From an uncultured archaeon (lineage in GTDB: Archaea; Thermoplasmatota; Thermoplasmata; Thermoplasmatales; Thermoplasmataceae), in NCBI GenBank assembly GCA_000965745.1, contig CP009479.1:800001-864000 (forward strand): a stretch of 64,000 nucleotides of DNA, given 5' to 3'. The notes beneath the pieces are model-generated. The model ran no database searches. It worked only from the letters and a program-made list of their open reading frames with translations, and was not told the DNA's origin. Positions 31,380 to 41,556 of the stretch are shown piece after piece (the first letter of the stretch is position 1; each line of letters opens with the position of its first letter). The translations under genes and the position numbers were made by a program.

Positions 31380-32195
31380 TTATACTATCTCGAGATTAAA
31401 AGGCTTCAGAAGGCCCATCTCTGTCGCTTTCTTGTAATAGAGCTCAAGAGCCTTTCTTCCCTTGTCGCCAAAGTCTACGGATAGATCATTCACATACATC
31501 CGGATAAATTTCCTCTCAAGCTCAATATCGGCATACCTCGCATACTTAAGGGAATATCTGACCGCATCCGTCTCATTCTCCATGGCATATTTTATTGAGT
31601 TTTCAAAATCTTCTTTGTAAAGTTTTGCGTTCTCCTTTCCAAGGGATTTCTTTATTGCGTTGAATCCAAGGGGTATCGGGAGATCGCCAGCGTATTTTTT
31701 CCACTCTTCATACAGGTCCAGTACCTTAATGAGCCCCTTATCCTGGAAAGTTAGCTGTTCGTCATGAATTATTATCCCGGCATCTATCTCCCCCGAAAGA
31801 ACTGCTTCGGGTATCTTGTCAAATCTCATTTCCTTGTATTCTTTTGCCCCTTTTCCAAACATTCTGTACAGGAGGTAAGCAGATGTGAATTTTCCCGGGA
31901 TTCCGATTACTGCATCATTGAAATCCACGTCCTTCCTGGAAACGACGATGGGCCCGTAGCTTATGCCGAAACTCGCTCCGGAACTTGTAAGGTAGTATTT
32001 GTCGTTTACTGCGGCATACCCGTTTGCTGATATTGCAGTAACATCATAGAGTGAATCAACTGATTCCTTGTTCAGGGTCTCTATATCTTTTACGACCTGA
32101 TCGTAATCAAAGTTGCATTTGATCTTCCCCTCGAACATTGCGTAAAACATGAATGAATCGTCTGGATCCGGAGTATGGGCGACTACTAGCTTCAT
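31380..32195 (-). CDS. mqnD: 1,4-dihydroxy-6-naphthoate synthase (futalosine menaquinone pathway)
   Basis: HTPDPDD.FMF, DIETLN, YGP, IIHD, LP.PLG, MYVN. Confidence 0.85.
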   Translation of the reverse strand: MKLVVAHTPDPDDSFMFYAMFEGKIKCNFDYDQVVKDIETLNKESVDSLYDVTAISANGYAAVNDKYYLTSSGASFGISYGPIVVSRKDVDFNDAVIGIPGKFTSAYLLYRMFGKGAKEYKEMRFDKIPEAVLSGEIDAGIIIHDEQLTFQDKGLIKVLDLYEEWKKYAGDLPIPLGFNAIKKSLGKENAKLYKEDFENSIKYAMENETDAVRYSLKYARYADIELERKFIRMYVNDLSVDFGDKGRKALELYYKKATEMGLLKPFNLEIV

Positions 32196-32319
32196 CGACA
32201 CTCTATCTTCACATGCTACAAAATGGTTTCACATTAATCTTTCAGTGTGTGAAAGGCTACCGAAATTCCAGACATTTTTATAATCCTGTGTGATGCTATT
32301 CCTCTCTTTCGGTGATTCT

Positions 32320-33255
32320 ATGGAGAGAATTGTTGTAGCTCTTGGAGGAAACGCACTGCTCCACAAAGGAGATCCGTTTTCGTTTGAAATCCAGCTTGAC
32401 CGCGCTACCCAGGCCTTTGAGAACCTTTACAGGCTTATATCTGAGAATGAAGTAGTGATAACCCATGGAAACGGACCGCAGGTAGGAAATATTCTTCTCC
32501 AGAACGAATATTCGTCCAAGGTTGCCAACCCAATGCCCCTTCATAGCTGTGGATCTATGTCCCAGGGGCTGATAGGGGAGGTGCTCACTCTCGCATATGA
32601 CAGGGTGAAGTTTGCAAGGGGAGTATCCAAGGAAATGGCCATGATACTGACACGGTCAGTTGTGAATGAGGCTGATCCGGCGTTTAAGAACCCATCAAAG
32701 CCTGTTGGGTCATTCTACACAGAGGCAGAAGCCTCAAGGATGAAGGAAGAGCGTGGATGGGCCGTCAGGGAAGAGCAGGGAAAGGGATGGAGAAGGATAG
32801 TTCCATCACCGGTTCCTGTTGACATACTCGAAAAATCAGCTATACTCGCACTGCTTGCAGACGGTTTCCTGCCTGTCTGCACCGGAGGTGGTGGCATCCC
32901 GGTTGTCAGGCATGAAACATCGTACTTTGGGGCTGATGCAGTGATCGACAAGGATCTTGCGTCATCTGTACTGGCCACAATAATAGGGGCAGGATCACTC
33001 ATGATCCTCACCGACGTGGATGGTGCGTATCTGAATTACGGAAGCCCTGATCAACAGCACATTGGAAAGGTTAAATTGTCGGAGCTGAAGGAATTCAGGG
33101 GCCGCGGGGAATTTTCCAGCGGAAGCATGGGCCCTAAGATAGACGCGGTTATCAGATTTGTCGAAAAAGGGGGTAAAAGAGCCCTGATAACATCACTGGA
33201 AAATGCCCATCAGGGAATGAAGGGGCAAAGTGGTACAATAGTTGTTCCAGATTGA
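32320..33255 (+). CDS. arcC: Carbamate kinase
   Basis: VALGGNAL, THGNGPQVG, NP.KP.G, RR.VPSP, VIDKD, GSMGPK. Confidence 0.95.
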   Translation: MERIVVALGGNALLHKGDPFSFEIQLDRATQAFENLYRLISENEVVITHGNGPQVGNILLQNEYSSKVANPMPLHSCGSMSQGLIGEVLTLAYDRVKFARGVSKEMAMILTRSVVNEADPAFKNPSKPVGSFYTEAEASRMKEERGWAVREEQGKGWRRIVPSPVPVDILEKSAILALLADGFLPVCTGGGGIPVVRHETSYFGADAVIDKDLASSVLATIIGAGSLMILTDVDGAYLNYGSPDQQHIGKVKLSELKEFRGRGEFSSGSMGPKIDAVIRFVEKGGKRALITSLENAHQGMKGQSGTIVVPD

Positions 33256-33257
33256 AT

Positions 33258-33905
33258 TCAGGTCTGCCTTGCCCACTTGCCATTCATAAGAGTTACCTTG
33301 TCAACCTTCTGAAACTCTTCCATCAGCCCTTGGAGATTTATCCCATTGGTATTCAGCTGGTAATCAGTTTCCAGTGTCGTTTTCAACTCATTGGTATCCA
33401 TCGGCTTGACAAGTGATCGGCCTACCAGGTTGTCAAGGTCCTCATATATGTTCCAGGGAAAGATAAACCAGGTCCATGCCTTTTCCTCAATCGCCTCGGC
33501 ATAGTAGTCAGGCAAAAATCCTGATCTTGTGATATGGAGCATTGTTGCAGTCTTGAGAGATTCAGGTTTGAGGGACTTGACATGTTCTGAAGCTATTCTA
33601 AGGCTCTCTCCTGTATCGGTGATATCATCAACTACGAGCACTCTCTTTCCTTCAAGGGTCCCGTTGAGACTGTCCTTCAGGGTTGCTTCGCCGTCTTTTG
33701 TTGCGGTTATTCCCCAATGCTCTGTCTTGACTGAAAGCAAATCCTTGATCCACATCCTGTCTGAAAGAATTCTTGCAGGAACAAGACCACCTCTGGCAAT
33801 TCCAATAATTGTATCGGGAACGTAATCTTCCATGACCTTGTGCCTGATCCTGTCACACCAGTTCTCTATGTCCGTCCAACTGACAATCTTTGCTCTGAAT
33901 TGCAT
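33258..33905 (-). CDS. Type I purine phosphoribosyltransferase
   Basis: IARGGLVPA, VLVVDDITDTG, WFIFPW. Confidence 0.88.
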   Translation of the reverse strand: MQFRAKIVSWTDIENWCDRIRHKVMEDYVPDTIIGIARGGLVPARILSDRMWIKDLLSVKTEHWGITATKDGEATLKDSLNGTLEGKRVLVVDDITDTGESLRIASEHVKSLKPESLKTATMLHITRSGFLPDYYAEAIEEKAWTWFIFPWNIYEDLDNLVGRSLVKPMDTNELKTTLETDYQLNTNGINLQGLMEEFQKVDKVTLMNGKWARQT

Positions 33906-33988
33906 TATTTTACCGGTGACTTATGTTGTTACAAGTCTTAATCATTTCGCAGGTAGCAAAAGTGAACTCTCTCAGGCAAAGCAGGTCA

Positions 33989-34642
33989 CTACTGCTTTTC
34001 CCACGAAAGATCATCCTTGAGCTTCCAGAGGTACAAAGAAGCGACTGAGCAATACGGATGCCAATTCTCCGAAATTCTTTCTATCGTTTCACGGTCCGGC
34101 TTGTCCTTGAGATGGTATATTGTTCTTATCGAGTTGATCACTCCAAGGTCTTCATGCGGGAGGACATCTGTTCTGCCAAGCGAAAAAATTAGGACCATCT
34201 TAGCGGTCCATGTCCCAACTCCTTTAATTCTAACCAGCTGGCTTATTATCTCCTCATCCGTCATTCTGTTAAAGTGGTTGGAGCTTATCGAGCCATCAAG
34301 AATACACTCAGCAACATTCCTTATGTAAGATATCTTCTGCTTCGAAATTCCGCAGGATCTAACTTCATCATCATTGAGCCCAAGGAGGGCATATGGCGTG
34401 ACATATCCACCTGGAAAGAGGGACACAAATCGCTTAATTATTGAGTCTGCCGCTTTAGGGGTGAGTTGCTGGGAAAGAACTGATTCCACCAGGCTGAAGA
34501 AAAGGTCCTCATTGGGCGAGAATTCAAGCACTCCAAGCTTTTCAATTATCTTACCAAGCCTTTCATCCACCTCCGATAGATGTTTGGCAGCTTTCTGGAA
34601 AACACTGTTTAGCTTGAGTGAAAGAGGCGAGTTGAATGACAT
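33989..34642 (-). CDS. alkA: DNA-3-methyladenine glycosylase II (AlkA-like, HhH-GPD)
   Basis: SQQL, IKGVG.WTA, DVLP..DLG, W.PY.S.A..YLW. Confidence 0.88.
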   Translation of the reverse strand: MSFNSPLSLKLNSVFQKAAKHLSEVDERLGKIIEKLGVLEFSPNEDLFFSLVESVLSQQLTPKAADSIIKRFVSLFPGGYVTPYALLGLNDDEVRSCGISKQKISYIRNVAECILDGSISSNHFNRMTDEEIISQLVRIKGVGTWTAKMVLIFSLGRTDVLPHEDLGVINSIRTIYHLKDKPDRETIERISENWHPYCSVASLYLWKLKDDLSWEKQ

Positions 34643-34793
34643 GCTTTCACTTGATGCGTATCAGAAATTTATCTTTGACGCGAAAACGTGACTCTTCATT
34701 TTTATGGCGACCTGGCAGCCAAACTAATTCTGGAACGCAATTTTCAACCATTCTCTGCGAAACCTTTATTACTGCTGTACGGGTATACTTCCC

Positions 34794-35624
34794 ATGACGG
34801 GATTGGACATTTTTCTTATCGTTATTCTTGTCATTGTATTGTTGATTCTTATTTCCGGAATACACATTCTCCGGGAATGGGAACGGGCTCCAGTTTTGAC
34901 ACTGGGGAGGTTTTCCGGCCTAAAGGGCCCAGGAGTAGTCTATGTCTGGCCTATTATCTCAAAGATGCCTCTGAAACTCAGCACAAGAATTCAGGCGGTC
35001 TCATTCAAGACAGAGGCAACATTTACACAGGATAACGTACCACTGAATGCGGACGCTGTGATGTACTTTCAGGTGATAGACCCTCAGAAGGCTTTCCTTA
35101 ACATAGAGAATTATGTTACGGGAACAAACCTCTCTGCTCAGACAACGCTCAGAGAAGTGCTTGGAAAATCAACATTCGATGAGGTGCTTTCCGAAAGGGA
35201 GAAGATCGGTGAAGCTGCAAGGGAGATTATCGACGAAAAGACAGAGCACTGGGGCGTTAAAGTTTCATCAGTCGAAATCAGGGATGTAATAGTGCCATCA
35301 CAGCTGCAGGAAGCAATGTCGAGGCAGGCATCAGCTGAAAGGGAGAGGAGATCCCGTGTAACCTTGGCTATAGCTGAGGTAGAGGCTGCTCAGAAAATGG
35401 TTGATGCAGCCAACCAGTACAAGGACAATCCTATTGCATTCCAGTTGAGATGGATGAACATACTCTATGAAATCGGCCTTGAAGGAAAAGGTACTCTGAT
35501 GATGATACCAGCCCATACACCTGAAGTCGGTGCAATGGAACCCCTCGCGCAACTTGGCCTCCAGGGAATTACCGACAGGTCAAAACTCAAGGGCGGCGAT
35601 TCAGGCTCTTCGCAACAGAAATAA
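34794..35624 (+). CDS. SPFH/band 7 (stomatin-like) protein
   Basis: N-terminal TM, T.DNV, AQTTLR..LG, WGVKV..VEIRD, QA.AERERR. Confidence 0.92.
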   Translation: MTGLDIFLIVILVIVLLILISGIHILREWERAPVLTLGRFSGLKGPGVVYVWPIISKMPLKLSTRIQAVSFKTEATFTQDNVPLNADAVMYFQVIDPQKAFLNIENYVTGTNLSAQTTLREVLGKSTFDEVLSEREKIGEAAREIIDEKTEHWGVKVSSVEIRDVIVPSQLQEAMSRQASAERERRSRVTLAIAEVEAAQKMVDAANQYKDNPIAFQLRWMNILYEIGLEGKGTLMMIPAHTPEVGAMEPLAQLGLQGITDRSKLKGGDSGSSQQK

Positions 35625-36336
35625 AGTCATCAAGAGTTAGCTCCCCAGGGCGTTTTTCTTTTAACCCTTCGGGGCACTCCTTTATCACTGTGCCAACCAT
35701 TTTTCTTCTATTTGAAAAGAGTTTTACTAGGATATCATCGAGAAGTTTCGGTTCGATTCCAAGCTCAACTCTCTTTGGCTTTAGAATTATGACAGCTGAG
35801 TCAACTTTTGGAACCGGATTGAAGTCGTCCCTGCTGACTATGCGGACAATCTTCGTATCAAAGCGGTAAGAGCAGTTTACGGACAGCCTTGAATATCCCT
35901 CTTGCCCGGGCAAGGCTATCATTCTCTCGGCAAAGTCTTTCTGAACCATTAGCACAGCGTGCTCAAATTCGAACCTGGAAAGGCTGAAAATAATGTCCGA
36001 GGAAATGTGGTACGGTATATTCCCTATGATTCGGTCGTATTTTCCGGGCTCGATATCAAGAAAACTTCTTTTTATTATCCTGAGTCTGCCAATTTCCAGG
36101 TATTTGCTGAACCTTTGGCTCAGAAACTCGACAAATCTTCCGTCAGGCTCAACACAATCCAGATTAACATCCTTCTCAAGGAGGAGTTCCGTCAGAACAC
36201 CTTCGCCCCCACCTATCTCCAGGACCCTGCAGTCCGGAAAAACATCAAGTGATCTGACTTCAAATTCTGCAATACTTACATTCTTGAGAAGAACCTGGCC
36301 AAATCTCTTTGAAAAAAGTCTGCGGTCAGTCTTCAT
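35587..36336 (-). CDS. ksgA: 16S rRNA m6,2A dimethyltransferase
   Basis: FGQV.L, VLEIG.G.G.LT, GNIPY.IS, P.PKVDS. Confidence 0.93.
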   Translation of the reverse strand: MKTDRRLFSKRFGQVLLKNVSIAEFEVRSLDVFPDCRVLEIGGGEGVLTELLLEKDVNLDCVEPDGRFVEFLSQRFSKYLEIGRLRIIKRSFLDIEPGKYDRIIGNIPYHISSDIIFSLSRFEFEHAVLMVQKDFAERMIALPGQEGYSRLSVNCSYRFDTKIVRIVSRDDFNPVPKVDSAVIILKPKRVELGIEPKLLDDILVKLFSNRRKMVGTVIKECPEGLKEKRPGELTLDDFISVAKSLNRRP

Positions 36337-36881
36337 TTCGCTACGAAGAGTTTGTGTTTCTCGGACCGATCTTCCAGTTCCTCAACGATTCTCCCGGATA
36401 TCATCCTGAGTGGGTTGTGTACAGTCTTGACCCTTTCAGTAAGTTCCCCGAATGAATCAAAAAGCTTCTTCTTCCTCTCGTCCACAATATTCCACATGGT
36501 CTTATTTCCCAATCCCGGGAGAAGCTCTAGGCTGTGAAGTCTGGCATTGATTGGCTGAGCATCATTGAAAAAACCCACGAATCTTGCCTCATTTTCCTTT
36601 ATGATGTTCTCAAGAACGTAGGGCAGTTCATTCATTGCTGCGTTTGTAAGTTCCCTGTATGCAATCCTTCTTTTGACCGAGAGTACCTTTTCCCTCATCT
36701 CGGGACTCTTGCCAATGTATATTCTTTCTCCTACTGCGACAACAACATTGCTTTTTGGGATTACCTCCAGGAGCTTGAACTCAACTTCCCCTACAACTAT
36801 CATTAGCGGGGTCTTTTTGTAAACCTTGTCCTCAGTCCTTCCCTGGGGCAGGTAGTCTAACACATAGGCGTACTCTTCCAA
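36333..36881 (-). CDS. DUF655 putative RNA-binding protein
   Basis: EEYAYVLDYLP.G, H.LELLPG.G.K; conserved position between rpoF and ksgA. Confidence 0.88.
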   Translation of the reverse strand: MEEYAYVLDYLPQGRTEDKVYKKTPLMIVVGEVEFKLLEVIPKSNVVVAVGERIYIGKSPEMREKVLSVKRRIAYRELTNAAMNELPYVLENIIKENEARFVGFFNDAQPINARLHSLELLPGLGNKTMWNIVDERKKKLFDSFGELTERVKTVHNPLRMISGRIVEELEDRSEKHKLFVAK

Positions 36882-36904
36882 AATTATTAACCTCTTTATA
36901 TAAA

Positions 36905-37210
36905 TTAGTCGCTTGTAAAATAATCTATCAGGTTATTTAAATCTTTTTCAGAAAGCATAAGGTTGTACGACGAAAGTATTGCTGTCATTTCTTCTTTGGT
37001 TTTTGGTTTGAGATCTATAAGTTTTATCGCTGCATTTATTGGTAAATCTGCAACTGCCTCAACTTCCTCCATTACTTTTGCAATGCTCTTGCGGCCATAT
37101 CTGTTAAGCAGTTCCGTGTACTGGAGGTTTTCCTTCTCTATCTCGTTGGGTTCCTCCTTTTCGGAAAGAATCTTGAAAGCTTCGGCAACAGTGATGAATT
37201 TTCTTTTCAT
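36905..37210 (-). CDS. rpoF: RNA polymerase subunit F (Rpo4)
   Basis: KFIT..EA..IL, A.KL.DL.P....E...IL; operon context. Confidence 0.85.
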   Translation of the reverse strand: MKRKFITVAEAFKILSEKEEPNEIEKENLQYTELLNRYGRKSIAKVMEEVEAVADLPINAAIKLIDLKPKTKEEMTAILSSYNLMLSEKDLNNLIDYFTSD

Positions 37211-37509
37211 TATTTACCTTCTATCCTTTTCAAGTGCACGGGGGCAGAAAGAATATTCTTGGTTACCCCTCCCACCTTCACTGTAACCAAATAGCAATTT
37301 CCTTGCATTCTGGAGATTCTTCCAGTGTATCCCTGAAAAGAGTGGTGAGGCATGCCATCATGTACTGACGGTTCTATATCTATCGCTGCCAATTCTCCAA
37401 CTTCGAATTTCTGCATTAATCTGTTAACCGAAGGCATGCCCTTTTCCTTGATTGATTTGGTCATTTTCTTTCTTGACCCTGATCTTGGGCCGTGTGACAT
37501 TCTGGCCAT
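37210..37509 (-). CDS. rpl21e: 50S ribosomal protein L21e
   Basis: SHG.R...R, GMPH..FQG.TG, PVHL. Confidence 0.95.
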   Translation of the reverse strand: MARMSHGPRSGSRKKMTKSIKEKGMPSVNRLMQKFEVGELAAIDIEPSVHDGMPHHSFQGYTGRISRMQGNCYLVTVKVGGVTKNILSAPVHLKRIEGK

Positions 37510-37511
37510 AG

Positions 37512-38681
37512 TTATTTACCTCTGTTGATTTCAACGACATCGAGCTCAGCAACCGCCAAACTCTCACCATACTCTGAGGAGAGGCTCGGATTTGTTCTCT
37601 GGTTGTCGCCATTTACTAGTTCCTTGATATACATACCAGACTCGGCCTTTAAGAGTAGTGTTGCAGTTTTTCCCGTTACCTGTTCAATGGCTGACTCTCT
37701 TATCGATCTCTCTCTTATAAGATCTGCTCTCCTGACAGCCACTCTTAATGGCGTTCTCTGATAAATAACTTTTCCCGTGATATTCTGTAAAGCCGTTTGA
37801 AGGCGTTCTCCATCGAGATCATTGCCTGAATGGACAACAACTCTGTATGTCTTGTCAAAAGTTGTGCTCTTTACCTCCTTGACTCTATCCTTTGAACAAA
37901 ATTCAAGTCCTCTTACAGAAACACCACTCCCAGCCATGTTGATGGTTTTTTCGAGGGCTCCCAAGTTCAGGTCCCTCTTCTTCGGCCTCGAAATCTCAAG
38001 GACAAAATCCCTCCCTTCTCCTAACATTCTTACATCCACATCTTCCCGTCCTGCCGCATGAAGAAAGAAATTCTCTCCATGGGATGCTTCTGAAACGGGC
38101 TCTCCAATGTAATATTCTACTGATTCATTGTTTTCAGGCTTGTGAATCCACCTTGTCTGGGGAAGGTCTCTCCTGAATTTGTTGTACCTGCCGCATATGT
38201 ATATGCTCCGTATGTCTGTTTTGGCAAAGTCATACCTGGTATCCACAATCACGGTCAGGTCCGGTTCACTGAAGCTAACTTCCTTTCCAGTGATTTCAGA
38301 GAAGTGCTTGCCAAACTCCCTGTTGAATTCTTTCTTTATGCTTTCTCCTCTGGACCCGAATATTGATTGAATTTCTTCCTCTCTTATAATTACGGATTTT
38401 TCAAATACAGACCCGATGAGAAATGAGTTGTATTCAACCCCTTCAATCTCATCCATCACTATGCTCATGTATTTTTCAAACTCGTCAAACACTCCATTGC
38501 AAAGAGGGCACTCATTGCTGTCCGTTATTGATAACGTCGCTTCCGGATGAAGCGATTTTATTGTAAAAAGTAACATCTGCCCCCGCTGAACATTGTCAAG
38601 GGACTCGCCAACGGAGGCAAAAACCCGTCCAAGACACCTTGTGCAGATACCCAGATCAGATAATGCGATTAGATCAGGCAT
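37512..38681 (-). CDS. pus10: tRNA pseudouridine(54/55) synthase Pus10
   Basis: [38 protein letters not shown]; start refined to ATG 38681. Confidence 0.93.
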   Translation of the reverse strand: MPDLIALSDLGICTRCLGRVFASVGESLDNVQRGQMLLFTIKSLHPEATLSITDSNECPLCNGVFDEFEKYMSIVMDEIEGVEYNSFLIGSVFEKSVIIREEEIQSIFGSRGESIKKEFNREFGKHFSEITGKEVSFSEPDLTVIVDTRYDFAKTDIRSIYICGRYNKFRRDLPQTRWIHKPENNESVEYYIGEPVSEASHGENFFLHAAGREDVDVRMLGEGRDFVLEISRPKKRDLNLGALEKTINMAGSGVSVRGLEFCSKDRVKEVKSTTFDKTYRVVVHSGNDLDGERLQTALQNITGKVIYQRTPLRVAVRRADLIRERSIRESAIEQVTGKTATLLLKAESGMYIKELVNGDNQRTNPSLSSEYGESLAVAELDVVEINRGK

Positions 38682-38685
38682 CTGA

Positions 38686-38817
38686 CTATCTTGCAACGAC
38701 GTCCTTTGTTATGTTTGGCCTCTCTTTAACAAATACCCTGGATCCGCATTCACACTCAATCTCTGCAGTACCGAATGACTTCTCCAGCGGTCTCTTGCAT
38801 CTGATACACTTATACAT
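38686..38817 (-). CDS. rpoP: RNA polymerase subunit P (Rpo12), 43 aa, not in ORF track
   Basis: Manual translation [43 protein letters not shown]; Zn ribbon downstream of rpl37ae. Confidence 0.92.
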   Translation of the reverse strand: MYKCIRCKRPLEKSFGTAEIECECGSRVFVKERPNITKDVVAR

Positions 38818-39067
38818 CCTTGTGCATCTCCTCAATTATTTTCTGCGAGTATTCAGGCGTATAAGAACCACCAGCGAATTTGTAGTCGCAGTGCCTGCAC
38901 TGCCATATTCCCGATGCTATTCTCCTGACCTTTTTCTGTTTGCATGAAGGGCAAACATACTTCGCAGTCTTGAGTTTGTATATCTCGTTCCAGGCCTTCC
39001 TTACAGTAACACCGTATCTGGGACCGAATCTCCCTGCGGCGCCAACCTTTACAGTTCTTCTTGCCAT
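38810..39067 (-). CDS. rpl37ae: 50S ribosomal protein L37Ae
   Basis: GRFGPRYG...R, CP.C, GIW.C..C...FAGG.Y. Confidence 0.96.
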   Translation of the reverse strand: MARRTVKVGAAGRFGPRYGVTVRKAWNEIYKLKTAKYVCPSCKQKKVRRIASGIWQCRHCDYKFAGGSYTPEYSQKIIEEMHKDV

Positions 39068-39072
39068 GGTGA

Positions 39073-39855
39073 TCACTTGAAGTATTTATCTCGAAGTTGT
39101 GCACCGATATTGCTGGACAACTTTATAGCTTTTCGGATATCTTCAAGGTCTAGGGATCCTGTGTCACCTTTCTGCATAGCTCTTATGTGGCCATCCTCCG
39201 TGGTGGATACTGTAAGCCTGACTGATCCGAGCTGTTCTTCTTCAAGATCGGGATCACAAACAAGCTCATCGCCTATCTTTACCATGGTAACGGCCACCGG
39301 AGTGTTCTTTACAGGGAGGGGAAAGTCCTTTCCGCCTTCTTTTGATGCGGGAACAATGGCACTCCTGAGTGCTGCAAGTGCTCCGTACGAACAGGCGTCT
39401 ATCAGGTTGCCGTCAAAATCGATAACATCTATGTCGATGAAGACTATCCAAACCTTCTTTCCAGCTTCTATCACTAGATTTTCTACGTCTAACATCTTGC
39501 TTTCTCTGATCCCTCTGTCTACAACTCTGGCAATCTCTATTGAGGTCTCGTTTGGAGGTCCTGCTTCAAAAGTCGGGAACGCCATTGGAAGGAGCTCGAC
39601 ATTGGTAGTCATTACTCCCTTGTTCGGGGTGTCCGGGAATGGCTCCCCTGTTTCAATTTTTACACCTGCAAGTATTCTTGTCTTCCCGAGCTGGACAAGG
39701 GCTGACCCTTGGGCCCTCGGCACATATCCGGTCTGTATACTGAGTTCTCTGCATTCATCCGGCTTTCTTCCGTCGGCCCTTACTCCTTCCTTAAGTTTGC
39801 TGACTATGTAACTTCTTTTGATTTCAGAAAGTATTCCTGCTGCGTCTTTCGGCAT
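39073..39855 (-). CDS. rrp42: Exosome subunit Rrp42
   Basis: [33 protein letters not shown]. Confidence 0.95.
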   Translation of the reverse strand: MPKDAAGILSEIKRSYIVSKLKEGVRADGRKPDECRELSIQTGYVPRAQGSALVQLGKTRILAGVKIETGEPFPDTPNKGVMTTNVELLPMAFPTFEAGPPNETSIEIARVVDRGIRESKMLDVENLVIEAGKKVWIVFIDIDVIDFDGNLIDACSYGALAALRSAIVPASKEGGKDFPLPVKNTPVAVTMVKIGDELVCDPDLEEEQLGSVRLTVSTTEDGHIRAMQKGDTGSLDLEDIRKAIKLSSNIGAQLRDKYFK

Positions 39856-40596
39856 TTATTCACCACCTTCCTCTATTTCAGCAACAAAACGTGTAGACAG
39901 AGCCTCTCTCTGAATCTCGTTGATCCTCTTTGTTGCAGTAAGGATCATCTCGGTGGCCTGATCGAACTCCTCGACCGAAAGGTCTCCGTCCATCTGGAGC
40001 AGGACAACCTTGCCTGACTTTGAGAGTACTGCCATAGGAAGGTCGGCTTGCCCGAAGTTGTCTTCTTCCTTTGAAAGGTCCAGGACTACTTTTCCTTCAA
40101 CTTTCCCCGCGGTGCAGCCGACAACAAAATCCTTCATCGGTATCCCGGCAGAAGCCACAGCAACAGTCGCCGCTGTAAGCCCGGCTATTCTCGTTCCTGC
40201 GTCAGCCTGAAGAACCTCAATGAAAACATCTATCTGAGTTCTTGGAAACTGCTCGACCATTATCGCTTGATCCAGTGCTTCCGATATGACCTTGGAGATC
40301 TCGATTGACCTTCTGTCAGGACCCGGCCTCTTTCTCTCGTCGACTGAGAATGCAGCCATGTTGTACCTGGCTTTCACGATAGCCTTGTTTATGTTCTGCG
40401 TGTGCTTCGGGTATGCTTCTCTAGGGCCGTACACCGCCACAAGTATCTTGTTGCCGCCCCACTCTATATATGCGGACCCGTCTGCTCTGTTCAGAACTCC
40501 AGTCTCAATCTTGATCGGCCTCAGCTCTTCATTAGTTCTGCCATCAAGCCTGCGGCCGTCTTTCGTCAATAATTTAATATCACTCGCTGTTCCCAA
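39856..40596 (-). CDS. rrp41: Exosome subunit Rrp41
   Basis: R.DGR...ELRP, ADGSAY, DRRS.EISKVI, ADAGTR; TTG start 40596 after AGGTGA. Confidence 0.95.
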   Translation of the reverse strand: MGTASDIKLLTKDGRRLDGRTNEELRPIKIETGVLNRADGSAYIEWGGNKILVAVYGPREAYPKHTQNINKAIVKARYNMAAFSVDERKRPGPDRRSIEISKVISEALDQAIMVEQFPRTQIDVFIEVLQADAGTRIAGLTAATVAVASAGIPMKDFVVGCTAGKVEGKVVLDLSKEEDNFGQADLPMAVLSKSGKVVLLQMDGDLSVEEFDQATEMILTATKRINEIQREALSTRFVAEIEEGGE

Positions 40597-41269
40597 TATT
40601 ATCACCTACTTTTGTCTTTAAATACTCATCCACTCTATCTGTTAGACCCACTGTGTGGGCTTCTTTCTCTACCATTTTAATAGCCGAAATGGCTATCATA
40701 ACATTTTCTGGGGTGCCGTCAACCCATATGAGCCCGTTCTGACCCACTATTATCCTGGTCTGGGTTGCATCCTTTATCATATTAACCATCGATCCGCCTT
40801 TTCCAATTATTCTTGGAACCTTTGGAGCAGAAATTCCCGTGATATGCCCCCCTTCCAGTTTTCTCAGGCCCACGTCCTTGAGTGTTACCCAGCTCTCCTT
40901 GATCTCGTTCAGGGACATGACCTTTGCATATACGTAATCTCCAAGGTTCAGATACCTCTGCAGGTCTCCTGACTGTGTCCTCCACGGAGTATCATTCATG
41001 TGAAGCAATGAATGGTACGATGAATTTAGATCAATTGTCCACATGGAGGGCCCTATTTCGATTACCTTCCCTATTACCTTGTCGCCTTTTCTAGGAAAAT
41101 ACGGTCCAGAAAAAGGAACTACGTCTACATACTGGTCGCCCTTCTGTACGACACCAAAATACTCTGAACAGTATTTATCGTCGGCACACTTATAGACCCC
41201 GTTTCTGGGCTTCAAGCCCTCAGGTTCTATTGAATCTCCGGGCATTATAATTTGCCTTATCTTACTCAT
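40580..41269 (-). CDS. rrp4: Exosome RNA-binding subunit Rrp4
   Basis: S1 domain plus KH motif KVPRIIGK.GSM, GQNG.IW. Confidence 0.95.
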   Translation of the reverse strand: MSKIRQIIMPGDSIEPEGLKPRNGVYKCADDKYCSEYFGVVQKGDQYVDVVPFSGPYFPRKGDKVIGKVIEIGPSMWTIDLNSSYHSLLHMNDTPWRTQSGDLQRYLNLGDYVYAKVMSLNEIKESWVTLKDVGLRKLEGGHITGISAPKVPRIIGKGGSMVNMIKDATQTRIIVGQNGLIWVDGTPENVMIAISAIKMVEKEAHTVGLTDRVDEYLKTKVGDNIGNSE

Positions 41270-41556
41270 TGAATCACCTTGAAGCTAAGAAGAAAAATCA
41301 AGGCAAGGACCGGTTAAGCCCTTTTCAAAGTGAAACCCTATAACATTAGGCTTCAGCAAATACCTATACCATACAGGCCGGAAACCAAAATTACCGGAAA
41401 CGCTCACCTGATTGTCTCTCTTCACTTCCACTCTTTGCTGAACAGATAATTATTAAATATATAATGATTCCCTGCGACTAATCAGATCGTACAAATGCAC
41501 CGGGCTGGAACTGGATCTCAGATTTCAAGACTGTGGGTGAAAGACTGAATTGAACC

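Noticed and set aside
39077-39811. Long antisense ORFs (244 aa here; also 7140-7613, 20663-21160, 61685-62236)
   Set aside because: They are shadows of well-supported genes on the opposite strand and have no motifs.
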